NCBI GenBank assembly: GCA_964434715.1
Contig: CAYSWC010000002.1
Coordinates: 10,609 to 74,608, forward strand
Source: an uncultured Candidatus Saccharibacteria bacterium
Lineage (GTDB): Bacteria; Patescibacteriota; Minisyncoccia; UBA6257; 1-14-0-10-40-38
Direction of reading: 5' to 3'
DNA: 64,000 nt
The position numbers were made by a program, and so were the translations under genes. The notes below the pieces were generated by a model. The model worked only from the letters and a program-made list of their open reading frames with translations. It made no database searches and was not told the DNA's origin. The first letter of the stretch is position 1. Each line of letters begins with the position of its first letter. This document shows positions 34,205 through 43,945 of this stretch, piece after piece.

Positions 34205-35547
34205 GAGTTAATTATACCACCGCCGAGCATCTCGCCATCTTTGGAGTAAAAAACCGCTGATTGGCCGGGGGCGACGAACTTTTGCGGCACTTCAAAAATT
34301 AGTTGATAAGTTATTGAGTCCCGACGCCCCTTATTATTTTTTTTATCAGAAAGTCGGGATCCCGACCTTGCGTCGGGATTGATGAGTTTAAGAGTTGCTT
34401 TGGCGAGCGGCTGACGATAACGGATCCTGGCATAAACTCCCAAACCAGACATCCCAACATTCTCAAGTATGTTGGTATGTTTTGAGTTGATGAAATTTAC
34501 ATCTGTTAATACAATCTCCTTACTATAGAGCGCCGGATTGTCAGCGCCTTCGGCAACCACGATGGAATTAGTATTAATATCTTTTTCGGCAACATACAAA
34601 GGTCTAAAATCCCTAGCCCCTAGTCCCTTGCCCCTAGTCCCTAAATCCAAACCGTGTCGCTGACCAATAGTGTAAAAATGTACTCCTTCGTGTTCGCCGA
34701 TTATATGAGATCCTTCGCTATCGCTCAGGATGACTGAACCGGGGCGTGGTTTAATATAATCGCCGAGAAAATCCCGAAGCGTCACTTTGCCTAAAAAACA
34801 AATCCCCTGCGAATCTTTTTTATCGGCATTGGGCAAACCAAAGCGACGCGCAAGCGCCCGCACTTCGGGCTTCAAATAATCGCCGATAGGAAATAAACAG
34901 TGCTTCAACTGATTTTGAGTTAAAGTCCAAAGAAAATAGGATTGGTCCTTATTTTTATCATTAGCAACGAAAAGAGAAAAAATGGTCTTTTCCGAAACCT
35001 CCGGAGCAGGCGAGCTTGGTGGTTTTGATATAATTTGGCGCGGAGCGCCATCAAAACCTCGCCGTTGCGAGGACAAGCGGAGGCCGCCGCTGGAGCGGCC
35101 GAAGCGGGTTGAGGAAAGACTATTTTTTCTCGCCTGTAAACGCACATAGTGTCCCGTAGCAATATAGTCCGCTCCCATTTCAAGCGCTTTTGCGAAAAAA
35201 AGCCCAAACTTGATTTCCTTATTGCACATCACATCGGGATTGGGCGTAATCCCCTCGAGGTAACCGCGAACCATATAATCCACCACTGTTTCCTTGTATT
35301 CTTTCTCAAAATCAAAAACATAAAAAGGAATACGCAGCACTTCGGCGGCTCTCCGGGCATCCTCGGCATCCCCTGCGGCACAGCCGTCTACGTTATAACA
35401 GCGCATATGGACACCGATTACCTCGTATCCTTGTTCCTTGAGTAATGCCGCAGAGACAGAACTATCAACGCCGCCACTCATTGCCACAAAGACCCTTCGA
35501 CTTCGCCGAGGGTAGACCAATTGTTTACTGGTGCGAATTGATTTCAT
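34195..35547 (-). CDS. mnmA: tRNA 2-thiouridine(34) synthase MnmA with three insertions
   Basis: PP-loop AMSGGVDSS, ATGHY, KDQSYFL and PGQSAVFY. 450 aa versus about 360 typical. Confidence 0.85.
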   Translation of the reverse strand: MKSIRTSKQLVYPRRSRRVFVAMSGGVDSSVSAALLKEQGYEVIGVHMRCYNVDGCAAGDAEDARRAAEVLRIPFYVFDFEKEYKETVVDYMVRGYLEGITPNPDVMCNKEIKFGLFFAKALEMGADYIATGHYVRLQARKNSLSSTRFGRSSGGLRLSSQRRGFDGAPRQIISKPPSSPAPEVSEKTIFSLFVANDKNKDQSYFLWTLTQNQLKHCLFPIGDYLKPEVRALARRFGLPNADKKDSQGICFLGKVTLRDFLGDYIKPRPGSVILSDSEGSHIIGEHEGVHFYTIGQRHGLDLGTRGKGLGARDFRPLYVAEKDINTNSIVVAEGADNPALYSKEIVLTDVNFINSKHTNILENVGMSGLGVYARIRYRQPLAKATLKLINPDARSGSRLSDKKNNKGRRDSITYQLIFEVPQKFVAPGQSAVFYSKDGEMLGGGIINSCL

Positions 35548-35567
35548 AAGAATAATATTGTGCCATT

Positions 35568-36953
35568 TTAATGCTTTTTAGCAAAATGGCTGCGCACGGT
35601 ACGCAAACGTTCCGGCGTACCGCAGTCAAACCAGTAATTGCCGCGATGTAATGCCAAGACAAGTTCCCGGCGCTTGGCTAATTTGGGAAAAAGATCTTTT
35701 TCAATGGAAAACGCTTTAGGAGTACCGTAAAAATCCTCCGGCCGCAAAACATAGGCGCCGGTGTTCACAATGCCGGAGCGCGCCTCGGGATTTTTCTCCC
35801 GGAAAGCGCAAATCCGTTTATGCTCATCGCACTCTATTAAACCATAGTCTCTCACATCACCAACCTCTATACCGCAAACTACGCTAAACTTGCCCCCGCC
35901 CGAATGCCGCAAAAGCGAAGCGAAATTAAAATCAGCCAAATTATCTGAATTGACAGCAATAAACGGAACTCTCACGCCTCTGGCGGCAAGCTTTATGCCG
36001 CCGCCCGTCCCTAATGGTTCACGCTCCACCACATACTTAACATTGTTAAAGCGACGTTTTTTTAACCAATCAATCACTGCCTCGGCTTTATAACCCAGCG
36101 CCAGCCGGATGTCACTGAATCCCTGCTTTTTAGCCCATTCCAGCTGATGCTCCAGCATTGGTTTGCCGGCAATATCAACCAAAACTTTGGGTAAATGTCT
36201 TTTTCCTTTAGGCAGGCGCGTACCCAAACCGCCGGCCAAAAAAATAACCGGCGTATCATACTTTTTCTTCCTGCCCCTCCCCAGTATTTCCTCGGCTTTA
36301 TCAATATCGTGTGGGTAGCCGATCGGATGCCAAAAGTCGGTGCGCTCCACCACGATTCTTTTCTCCTTGGCCATGGCCCGTAGCGGATCAACATATTCGT
36401 ATTCACCGCGGGGGCTCTTGGGCATCGGATAATCAAAAAAACTGCTGTCAAAGACAAAGACGCCGACTGGCACTAAATTAGTTTTGGGCCGCGCCGGTTT
36501 TTCCTCAAAGCCGATGATGTAGCCATATTTATCTGTCTCAATTGAAGCAAAACGGCTTGGATCCGGATGTTCCTGAACTAAAACGCCCAGTCCTTTTTTA
36601 ACCAATTTTTTAATCGCTTTCCCGCTGTGCAAATCATCGGCAAACAGAAACAAAAACCGCTCGCCGGGTTTGATCAAGCGTTTGGCAAGATGAAGCGCGT
36701 GACCGGTTCCCAGCGGTTTTGGCTGATGTATATAGGTGATTTTCCGCCTTTCAAAAAAATTCCCAAAATATTTTTTAATCTGCTCACCCTTACGGCCGAT
36801 TATAATGATAAGTTCGGTGATCTCTCTGGGCAGAGTGTCAATAACATGATGAAGCAAGGGTTTGCCTAAAACCTCAATCATCGACTTGGCGTGAACAAGA
36901 GTTAGCGGCCGCATACGTTTGCCTTCGCCGGCGGCTAAGATTACAGCTTTCAT
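35568..36953 (-). CDS. tandem sugar-phosphate nucleotidyltransferase fusion
   Basis: Two NTP_transferase signatures: AVILAAGEGKRMRPLT at the N-terminus and IFLAGGLGTRLP at about residue 235. Confidence 0.7.
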   Translation of the reverse strand: MKAVILAAGEGKRMRPLTLVHAKSMIEVLGKPLLHHVIDTLPREITELIIIIGRKGEQIKKYFGNFFERRKITYIHQPKPLGTGHALHLAKRLIKPGERFLFLFADDLHSGKAIKKLVKKGLGVLVQEHPDPSRFASIETDKYGYIIGFEEKPARPKTNLVPVGVFVFDSSFFDYPMPKSPRGEYEYVDPLRAMAKEKRIVVERTDFWHPIGYPHDIDKAEEILGRGRKKKYDTPVIFLAGGLGTRLPKGKRHLPKVLVDIAGKPMLEHQLEWAKKQGFSDIRLALGYKAEAVIDWLKKRRFNNVKYVVEREPLGTGGGIKLAARGVRVPFIAVNSDNLADFNFASLLRHSGGGKFSVVCGIEVGDVRDYGLIECDEHKRICAFREKNPEARSGIVNTGAYVLRPEDFYGTPKAFSIEKDLFPKLAKRRELVLALHRGNYWFDCGTPERLRTVRSHFAKKH

Positions 36954-37068
36954 AATTTTGATGTTGATATTTTCTCACTAAATTGCTAGAATAGCAAACT
37001 AACGTACCAATAGTTTTTGGTTTTTAGTTAATGGTTATAGTTTGTTAGTTATAAGAACTAAAACCCAT

Positions 37069-37644
37069 ATGTTAACTTACAACGATCTTAAAAAAAGCAC
37101 ACTGTTTGTCTTGGATGGCGAGCCCTACGAAGTTTTGGAGTACGAATTTTTGCGCATGCAGCAGAGAAAACCGGTGGCCAAGACTAAAATTAAAAACCTG
37201 ATTAGCGGGAAAATTTTAGAGCGAAATTTCCATCAGAACGAGACATTTCCCGAAGCCGAGATTGAAAAAGAACCGGTCAAATACTTATATAACCACCGGG
37301 GCGATTATTGGTTTTCTAGTCCCCAAAATCCCAAAGAGCGTTTCTCGCTTAAGGAGGATACGATTGGGCCGCCGGCTAAATTCCTAAAAAGCAATACCGA
37401 AGTAACGGCAGTAAAATTCGGGGAGAAAATCATTAATATAGAACTGCCCATCAAGGTTGATTTGGAAATTAAGGAGGCCCCGCCCGGCATCCGCGGCGAT
37501 ACGGCTCAAGGGGGCACTAAAGCGGCAATCCTTGAGACCGGCGCCGTGGTCAACGTGCCGCTTTTTGTAAATAGCGGAGATATTGTGAAGGTTAATACTG
37601 AAACCGGCGAATATGTAGAGCGAGTAGCAAAAGCCTCGGAGTAA
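37069..37644 (+). CDS. efp: translation elongation factor P
   Basis: 191 aa from the ATG at 37069. EF-P pattern YNDLKKSTLFVLDGEPYEVLEYEF...KPVAKTKIKNL...GDTAQGGTKAAILETGAVVNVPLFV. Confidence 0.85.
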   Translation: MLTYNDLKKSTLFVLDGEPYEVLEYEFLRMQQRKPVAKTKIKNLISGKILERNFHQNETFPEAEIEKEPVKYLYNHRGDYWFSSPQNPKERFSLKEDTIGPPAKFLKSNTEVTAVKFGEKIINIELPIKVDLEIKEAPPGIRGDTAQGGTKAAILETGAVVNVPLFVNSGDIVKVNTETGEYVERVAKASE

Positions 37645-37684
37645 TCGCTTCGATAGAATGATGCGAATCTACAAATCTTATCCG

Positions 37685-37720
37685 AATCTACGAATATGCG
37701 AATTCGCATATTTGTAGATT
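37685..37720. terminator. bidirectional hairpin between convergent efp and ATPase genes
   Basis: Near-perfect 36-nt palindrome aatctacgaatatgcgaattcgcatatttgtagatt centred on GAATTC. Confidence 0.5.
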
Positions 37721-37743
37721 GGCATTTTATCCGCAGATTAGCA

Positions 37744-39531
37744 TCACGTTTTGTCCTCTACGTCTTTCTCCAAGGTTTCTTTCAAGGCCTCACGCAGACC
37801 GGCGATATCCGGCCCTTTTTTGGGAGGTCTCACTTTGGGTTTGTATTCCTCCCGGGGTTTAAGTTCGCTTAAATGGAGCCCGCTCTTTTTGGCCGCCTGC
37901 TGGCGCACCAATTCTTCTTCTTTTCTTAAAATTGAAGTGCTGGTTCGCGCGGGCGGCCGTTCAAATTCAATGCCCAATTCGGCCAATTCTTCAGCCGGCG
38001 CTTCCGGCTCGGCTTCGGTTGCTTCTCCTCTTACATCTTCCCCGGCTTTAATCTTGGCAAAACACTCGTCACAATAGACCGGCCGGCCGGGAGTGGGTTT
38101 AAAGCTGACCTTAGTATTTTTGCCGCAAGAAGAACAGACTGCTGGATATTTAGCTCCGGCCGCGGCAGCAGTTTTTCGCGGACTTCTCGCGACTCCCTCT
38201 ATTTCGCTGCCCATCGAACCAGTCCAACTTTCAATTGCCTCTTCTACCTCTTCCCGGGGAAGCGCATAGAGCTCGCGGGATTTTTCAATAACTTTCTCCG
38301 CCGTGGCGGATGAAGTCGGCACCTTAAACGGCGGCAGTGTCATGGCGGAAAACGGCCGGCTGGCAACGCCATCGCACATAAGTTTCAAATAGACGCAGTA
38401 ATTGGGCAGATTAACCATATCTTCAATAGTAATTTCCGGCGTAAATTCGTTTTCCAAAAATTCGGCATCAGTGGCGCCCACCCGGAAAATAACCATGGTG
38501 CCGACATTGCCGAAAACCGCGTCGCGCACTTTAGTTGAAGTCAGAGTCGTTCCCATAGTCACCAATTGTCCCACATATTGATGGGCCAAAAGTAAATTCA
38601 GCCGGTATTTGCGCGCTTCGGACAAGATGCCGGCAAAACTGTCAGTGGCAAAATTCTGAAACTCGTCAACATAAAGATAAAAATCCTGACGCTCCTCTTC
38701 CGGGATTCTTACGCGCTCCATGGCCGAGAGCTGAATTTTAGTAATCAGCATGGCTCCTAAAAGAGCGGAGTTATCCTCGCCAATCCGTCCTTTGGAAACA
38801 TTGACCAAGAAAATCTTCCGGCTGTTCATAATTTCAAAAATATCAATAGTGCTTTTGGTCTGGCCAACGACATTGCGGATTAAAGCGGTTGATAAAAACT
38901 GGCCGACTTTGTTTTGAATCGGCGCAATGGCTTCGTTTCTAAACTGATCACGCCAAGTTTCGTATTCGTTAATCCAGAAGGCCTTGACTACCGGATCTTT
39001 GACGTTGGAGATAATGCGCTGGCGATAATCCTTGTCCACCAAAATGCGGTTGATGCCGAGAAGTGTTGAACCCGGCGTGTCCAGTAGCGCCAGGATGGCA
39101 TTGTTCATAATGTATTCCATTCTGGCTGACCAGACATTGGACCAGATTTTGGTGAAAATTGCCATGAGACCGGAGGCCACCAAATGTTTGTATTTGGGAT
39201 CAGGAAGCTCCAAGACATTAAAACCAACATGATAATCAGTGTCGGCCGGATTAAAGTAAATCACGTCTTTGATGCGCTCCTCGGGAATTTTCTCGAGCAG
39301 ACTTTCCACAAATTCACCGTGCGGATCCACTACGCAGACACCCTCGCCGTTCAAAATATCCTGCACTACCATATTGTGAAGGAGCGCAGTTTTACCGGAG
39401 CCGGATTTACCCATGACATACATATGCTGTCGGCGGTCTTTTCTTTTGATGCCGAATAACCGATTGGTGTTTCGGAAATCGGTTCTAGCAAAATAAACAA
39501 CGTCAGTGGTGTCGCCGATTAAGGGATTCAT
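37744..39531 (-). CDS. soluble coupling-protein-like (TraD/VirD4/HerA-type) ATPase with C-terminal zinc ribbon, paralog 1
   Basis: Walker A GKSGSGKT, DPHGEF, Walker B-like LYVDEFQNF and LLAHQYVGQL. C-terminus CSSCGKNTKVSFKPTPGRPVYCDECF. No TM segment. Confidence 0.65.
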   Translation of the reverse strand: MNPLIGDTTDVVYFARTDFRNTNRLFGIKRKDRRQHMYVMGKSGSGKTALLHNMVVQDILNGEGVCVVDPHGEFVESLLEKIPEERIKDVIYFNPADTDYHVGFNVLELPDPKYKHLVASGLMAIFTKIWSNVWSARMEYIMNNAILALLDTPGSTLLGINRILVDKDYRQRIISNVKDPVVKAFWINEYETWRDQFRNEAIAPIQNKVGQFLSTALIRNVVGQTKSTIDIFEIMNSRKIFLVNVSKGRIGEDNSALLGAMLITKIQLSAMERVRIPEEERQDFYLYVDEFQNFATDSFAGILSEARKYRLNLLLAHQYVGQLVTMGTTLTSTKVRDAVFGNVGTMVIFRVGATDAEFLENEFTPEITIEDMVNLPNYCVYLKLMCDGVASRPFSAMTLPPFKVPTSSATAEKVIEKSRELYALPREEVEEAIESWTGSMGSEIEGVARSPRKTAAAAGAKYPAVCSSCGKNTKVSFKPTPGRPVYCDECFAKIKAGEDVRGEATEAEPEAPAEELAELGIEFERPPARTSTSILRKEEELVRQQAAKKSGLHLSELKPREEYKPKVRPPKKGPDIAGLREALKETLEKDVEDKT

Positions 39532-39554
39532 ATAACAATCTTAATTATACCTTT

Positions 39555-41042
39555 TTAAAAGGAGCGAAGGAAATGAGTAAGCAGACTAACGGTGGGGCCA
39601 GCGGCGCCTTTAGCCAAATGCTCACCTTCAATTGAGGTCATCCGGGGAGCAATATCTAAATGAACCCACCCTCCGCTCCACTCCGGGTTTTTGACAAACT
39701 GCCAAAGGAACATGGCGCCAGTAATGGCTCCGCCCCAGCGAGTCTTCCCGATATTGGCTACGTCGCCAAACGTGCCTTTAATCTCCTCTTCATATTCTTC
39801 CCATAAAGGCAGGGGCCAAACAAAATCGCCGGTCTCTTCGCCAATGTCGCGGAGCTCCTTTTCTAAGTTTTGGTCGGTGGTAAAAAGCGCTGATGCTCTC
39901 TGACCTAAAGCGCTTACTGCCGCGCCGGTTAAAGTAGCAATATCAATAATCAGCCGGGGTTTATATTTTTGCGCGTAAGTCAAGCCGTCAGCTAAAATAA
40001 TCCGGCCCTCGGCATCAGTATTTAAAACTTCAATGGTTTTGCCGGACATTGATTTAAGCAAATCGCCCGGATGATAACTGGAGCCCGAAGGCATATTCTC
40101 CACTGCCGGCACGAGCCCGATAACATTTTTTTTGACTTTAAGACGAGCCAGAGCGCTGATGATATGAATGACCGAGGCGCCGCCAGACATATCCATATGC
40201 ATTTCATAAATCCCCTGTTCGGGTTTTAAATTAAGTCCGCCGGTATCAAAAGTTACGCCTTTGCCGACTAGGACTACGGGCGGCTCGGATTTTGGGCCGT
40301 TCAGGTACTCCATGACTATAAACTTCGGCTCATGATCAGAGCCTTGAGCCACGCCCAAGATGCCGCCCATTTTGAGTTTCTTCATCTCATCTTTGTTTAA
40401 AACACGAACTTTAAAGCCGGATTCTCGGCCGCTTACTCGCGCCGCTTCCGCGAGCTTGAGAGGAGTCAGATCGCCGCCCGGAGTATTGGCAAGCACCCGG
40501 GCTTTATTAATTTCTTCGCCGATAATTTGGCCGCGGCCTAGAGCTTCTTTTAGGCCGGCCGAAGTTTTACCGAATACCAAAACCTGATCAACAAAAATCC
40601 AGCCCTCTTTAGGCGGCGTCCGGTAATCGGTGAATTCAAAATTAGCCAGCTCAAGTTGGGTGGTTATAACTTCGGTTAAAAGTTCACGGTCTTTAATTTG
40701 CGGGGTTTTAAAATCCTCAAGGTACAGGGTGATATTTTTTACGCGCTCGCGCCGGGCAAAAGCCACTGCCCGGCGAGCGGTCAGCATGGATTTTCTATGA
40801 TTAAATTTTGATTTCTCCGGCACCCCCAAAAGAATAACTTCGCCGCCCGAGGGCGTAAAAATCAAATGCGAATGAGTGTTTTTAACCGGCGATTTATTTT
40901 GAAAAGCTGCAACGTGCTTCTGGTCGTCTTTCCCCAGCAGTCTAAAAAACGGATGTTTTTCCAGTTTTTCGCCGTCTTTTAAAACAAAAACCGGCACGGT
41001 GCCTTTTTTAAGTGTATTTATAAGCTGAATTCTCATCTCCAA
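39555..41042 (-). CDS. pepA: leucyl aminopeptidase (M17)
   Basis: M17 signature NTDAEGRIILAD and metal ligands in VGKGVTFDTGG and DMSGGA. Confidence 0.9.
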   Translation of the reverse strand: MEMRIQLINTLKKGTVPVFVLKDGEKLEKHPFFRLLGKDDQKHVAAFQNKSPVKNTHSHLIFTPSGGEVILLGVPEKSKFNHRKSMLTARRAVAFARRERVKNITLYLEDFKTPQIKDRELLTEVITTQLELANFEFTDYRTPPKEGWIFVDQVLVFGKTSAGLKEALGRGQIIGEEINKARVLANTPGGDLTPLKLAEAARVSGRESGFKVRVLNKDEMKKLKMGGILGVAQGSDHEPKFIVMEYLNGPKSEPPVVLVGKGVTFDTGGLNLKPEQGIYEMHMDMSGGASVIHIISALARLKVKKNVIGLVPAVENMPSGSSYHPGDLLKSMSGKTIEVLNTDAEGRIILADGLTYAQKYKPRLIIDIATLTGAAVSALGQRASALFTTDQNLEKELRDIGEETGDFVWPLPLWEEYEEEIKGTFGDVANIGKTRWGGAITGAMFLWQFVKNPEWSGGWVHLDIAPRMTSIEGEHLAKGAAGPTVSLLTHFLRSF

Positions 41043-41112
41043 ATATATCTTAAGATTATTCGCTTTTAATTAGCGATTATTTTTATAAAGATTGCGTAAC
41101 CTTGGAGATTTC

Positions 41113-41418
41113 TTAGGCAATGCGTCCAATCAGCCAGTCTTTATACTCCTTATTCATCCGGTAGAGGGAAAAAGAGGCAATGCAGGGAATCTTGCTCGTA
41201 TGAACCGTGCGCACAATATCCTCCACATCCTGAATTTTGGATTCAATGCTCTTGATGGTCAAGGCAAAACCCTCTCTTTCTTTGACCTCCTCGTTTTCCC
41301 GGTAGATTGACTGGATAGGCGAGACATTGACCCAACCGGCGGCTCGCTTGGCCACCAGTTCGCGGCTGATATTCTTTGCCTCTTCTAAATTTTTGCAGGT
41401 AACGTAGAGGAAAACCAT
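41113..41418 (-). CDS. cutA: divalent-cation tolerance protein CutA
   Basis: 101 aa with a CutA1-like pattern: MVFLYVTC..EEA..I...LV..R.AG.VN......SIY. Confidence 0.7.
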   Translation of the reverse strand: MVFLYVTCKNLEEAKNISRELVAKRAAGWVNVSPIQSIYRENEEVKEREGFALTIKSIESKIQDVEDIVRTVHTSKIPCIASFSLYRMNKEYKDWLIGRIA

Positions 41419-41461
41419 GGGAGTTAAACGTTTTCGACCTTTACTATATTTTACACCGCTT

Positions 41462-41755
41462 TTAGCGAAAAATCAAGTCTTTAATCCGCTGGGCTTCTTC
41501 GCGCACGACCTCCGAATCATAGTCGCCGGCGTGAGCAGTGGCGCCTTCGTAGACCGGCTTTTTCTGATCCAGATGCAAGTTAAAGGTGATAATATCTTTA
41601 TCCTCTTTGAGATAAATATGAAAACGCGGATAATCCCCTCCCAAAGGCCGGACACAGTTAAGTTCTTGTTTATCGGTATAGCCCAAAGGCCGATAGCCAA
41701 TCCGCCGCACCAAATCGTGCAGATTATATTTTTGATTGTAGATTTTGAAGGTCAT
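41462..41755 (-). CDS. hypothetical protein
   Basis: 97-aa ORF. Its start overlaps the stop of paralog 1 by 4 nt (ATGA), implying co-translation with the array. Confidence 0.5.
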   Translation of the reverse strand: MTFKIYNQKYNLHDLVRRIGYRPLGYTDKQELNCVRPLGGDYPRFHIYLKEDKDIITFNLHLDQKKPVYEGATAHAGDYDSEVVREEAQRIKDLIFR

Positions 41756-43419
41756 AAAACTTCAGCGTTATAACACTGTTCGCAGTAGACGATCTCCGGC
41801 CGGCCGGGGGCGTAGGTTGTTTTGATTGGTTTTTTGCAACGGTTGCAGATTCGGTCGAAAATTTTCATGGGACCGCGGCGGCGGATGCGATCCGCATGAC
41901 GGCAGAAGAAACACCGACGCGGAATCGACAGAATCATGCGGCGATAAAACTCGAGCTCCGACCGGATAAGCCGATAGTTGCGGCCGCAGGAGATACATGC
42001 AAGAACCTCGTTCAGTATAGAATCGGGCACGTCCTTGATGTGATCGGGAATCTGCTCGGGGCTCATCGTTTCCTTGCCGGTTGTCATCTGTAGTTTATCC
42101 TCCCAACGAAAACCCTGCGCGAGCGCCGCCTCTTTTGTCATCGGCAGATTCTCCTGCCCTATAGTTTCGTTGTACGCGAAGAGCGCAAGCGCAGGCGGGA
42201 AAAAAAGCCCGTATTCCCCTTGCTGTTTCAACTCCTCTATTATGTGCGCGCGGATCTTTTTATATTCATCCTCGGAATAACGTCTGTTCAAAATTGCGTA
42301 TTCCGCCTTTTTGATGCCGTCACAGCCAATACAATATTTACTGCCATGTGTCGCCAGCGAATACTCCACATATTGGCAGTTTTCAACCGCCCAGCCAGCG
42401 ATGTTCCGCGAGCTAAAACCCGACGCCACCGTCTCAAGCAATAATTCAGAACTCCGGCCGTGACCAATAAGATCGTAAGCATCCTTCGCGAGCTTCACCG
42501 AAAAAGCGTTGCTGACATTCTCACAATACGACAGCTCAAACGCCGCGTGACAATTTTTGGATTCAAAGATATAGTCGCCGTCCACGTTCACACTTTTCAA
42601 GTTACTCGTTGCGCGCCGCGGGAAACGAAGCGAGAACTCTTCAAAGCGCTTGCGGAACTCTTCCGAGGCGCGCCAACTGCCTAAAATGCCGGCTACGCAC
42701 CGGTGGTATTCCTCCTTTGAGAACGCTTCGTTTAAAAAATGATGCTTTTGGTGACGAAGGTTCACACAACCGAAACAATTCTGGAGGCCTGTACCACTTA
42801 TAAGAAACGCCGAGTCAAGGCACTCTATCGCGTTCTGCGCCCAAAGCACGCCTGCGCTGTTGTGAACACCCACACCCTCATAGATCCGTTCGGATTCATC
42901 GACGTAATAACTGTCATAAACGTCGCGGCTCTTGATAAGGCCGCGGGAATAAGCACAATTTTCGTTTCCGGTACCGGAATTCGCGACAAGGTAGCAATCC
43001 TTGTTGCCGCCTGAAAAGTTTTCGTAATGGCTATTGACGCTCGGAAGCACACCGCTCCGATAGAGCGCGTACTTTGGAACTGCGCGTACGAGTACTTGGA
43101 GTTGTTCAAAAAACGGCCGCTTCAAATCATAGTCCCTGCCGTAAGCGAATGGATCCCATTTGTCCGAATACCAGCAATCTGGACAATAGACGGTGTAGGA
43201 CGCTTTTGGATGGTACATTGAAACAATGGATTGCGAACAAAGATCACATTTTCGGTTGTAAAGTCTAAATTCATTGCGAAATGCCGCCCGCCGCTTAAAC
43301 CGGCAATCAGGACACAAAACCGGCGTCGGCACTCCCATTTTTTGATAAAAGGAAAAATCATCCGGCGCGATGGCGAACTGATTTTTACAATTCTGGCAAA
43401 TTTTGATTTCTTGATTCAT
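41752..43419 (-). CDS. cysteine-rich four-zinc-ribbon protein, array paralog 1 (subtype B)
   Basis: From MNQEIKICQNCKNQFAIAPDDFSFYQKMGVPTPVLCPDCRFKRR to ...CNRCKKPIKTTYAPGRPEIVYCEQCYNAEVL. The start at 43419 is set by alignment with the other five paralogs; the ORF track extends to 43503. Confidence 0.75.
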   Translation of the reverse strand: MNQEIKICQNCKNQFAIAPDDFSFYQKMGVPTPVLCPDCRFKRRAAFRNEFRLYNRKCDLCSQSIVSMYHPKASYTVYCPDCWYSDKWDPFAYGRDYDLKRPFFEQLQVLVRAVPKYALYRSGVLPSVNSHYENFSGGNKDCYLVANSGTGNENCAYSRGLIKSRDVYDSYYVDESERIYEGVGVHNSAGVLWAQNAIECLDSAFLISGTGLQNCFGCVNLRHQKHHFLNEAFSKEEYHRCVAGILGSWRASEEFRKRFEEFSLRFPRRATSNLKSVNVDGDYIFESKNCHAAFELSYCENVSNAFSVKLAKDAYDLIGHGRSSELLLETVASGFSSRNIAGWAVENCQYVEYSLATHGSKYCIGCDGIKKAEYAILNRRYSEDEYKKIRAHIIEELKQQGEYGLFFPPALALFAYNETIGQENLPMTKEAALAQGFRWEDKLQMTTGKETMSPEQIPDHIKDVPDSILNEVLACISCGRNYRLIRSELEFYRRMILSIPRRCFFCRHADRIRRRGPMKIFDRICNRCKKPIKTTYAPGRPEIVYCEQCYNAEVL

Positions 43420-43546
43420 TGATTTTTGTCCCGCCGCTGGCGGGATCCTCGATTTTGTAACCCCTCGATAAACTCGGGGACAAAATCGGGACAGTTTTGG
43501 CACTTTCTAATTTCTGAACTCATCTTACTCGCGAACCGAGGTTTCC

Positions 43547-43945
43547 TCATAAAAATAACAAAAATTGACGTGCGGTAACAATTTTGATTCCGTCGTATCC
43601 ACGCAGATCAAGAAGGTGGCGGTCGCCGGAAACAATAAAATGCGCCTGTCCGGAAACAGCGCATTCAACGATCTTATTATCGGTCGGGTCGGCCTTAACT
43701 GCCTTGAGAAGAGTTTTAGGTTCCCCGATATAGGAATGAAGCGTTATTATTTCCAAAAATTCGTTGGTATCGTCGTCCGGGAAATGAAACTTATTCTTTA
43801 AACGTTCTTCAAGTTCTCGCAATATTGCCGTAGAAATTAAAAGAGTAAATTTTCCGTCAAGTCCGGCCTTGAGCACTTCATACGGTGCGCCTTTCCAGAA
43901 AAGAGCCGAGATGAAAATATTTGTATCCAAAACAGCCCTAATCAT
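43547..43945 (-). CDS. PIN-domain toxin (VapC-like)
   Basis: MIRAVLDTNIFISALF and later acidic residues (ELEERL, DDTNE, DNKIVECA), typical of PIN family toxins. Confidence 0.75.
   Translation of the reverse strand: MIRAVLDTNIFISALFWKGAPYEVLKAGLDGKFTLLISTAILRELEERLKNKFHFPDDDTNEFLEIITLHSYIGEPKTLLKAVKADPTDNKIVECAVSGQAHFIVSGDRHLLDLRGYDGIKIVTARQFLLFL

Noticed and set aside
43420-43503. ORF-track N-terminal extension of paralog 1 (MPKLSRFCPRVYRGVTKSRIPPAAGQKS).
   Set aside because: The extension has no counterpart in the five other paralogs and covers the hairpin-containing leader. The internal ATG at 43419 aligns exactly with the family N-terminus.
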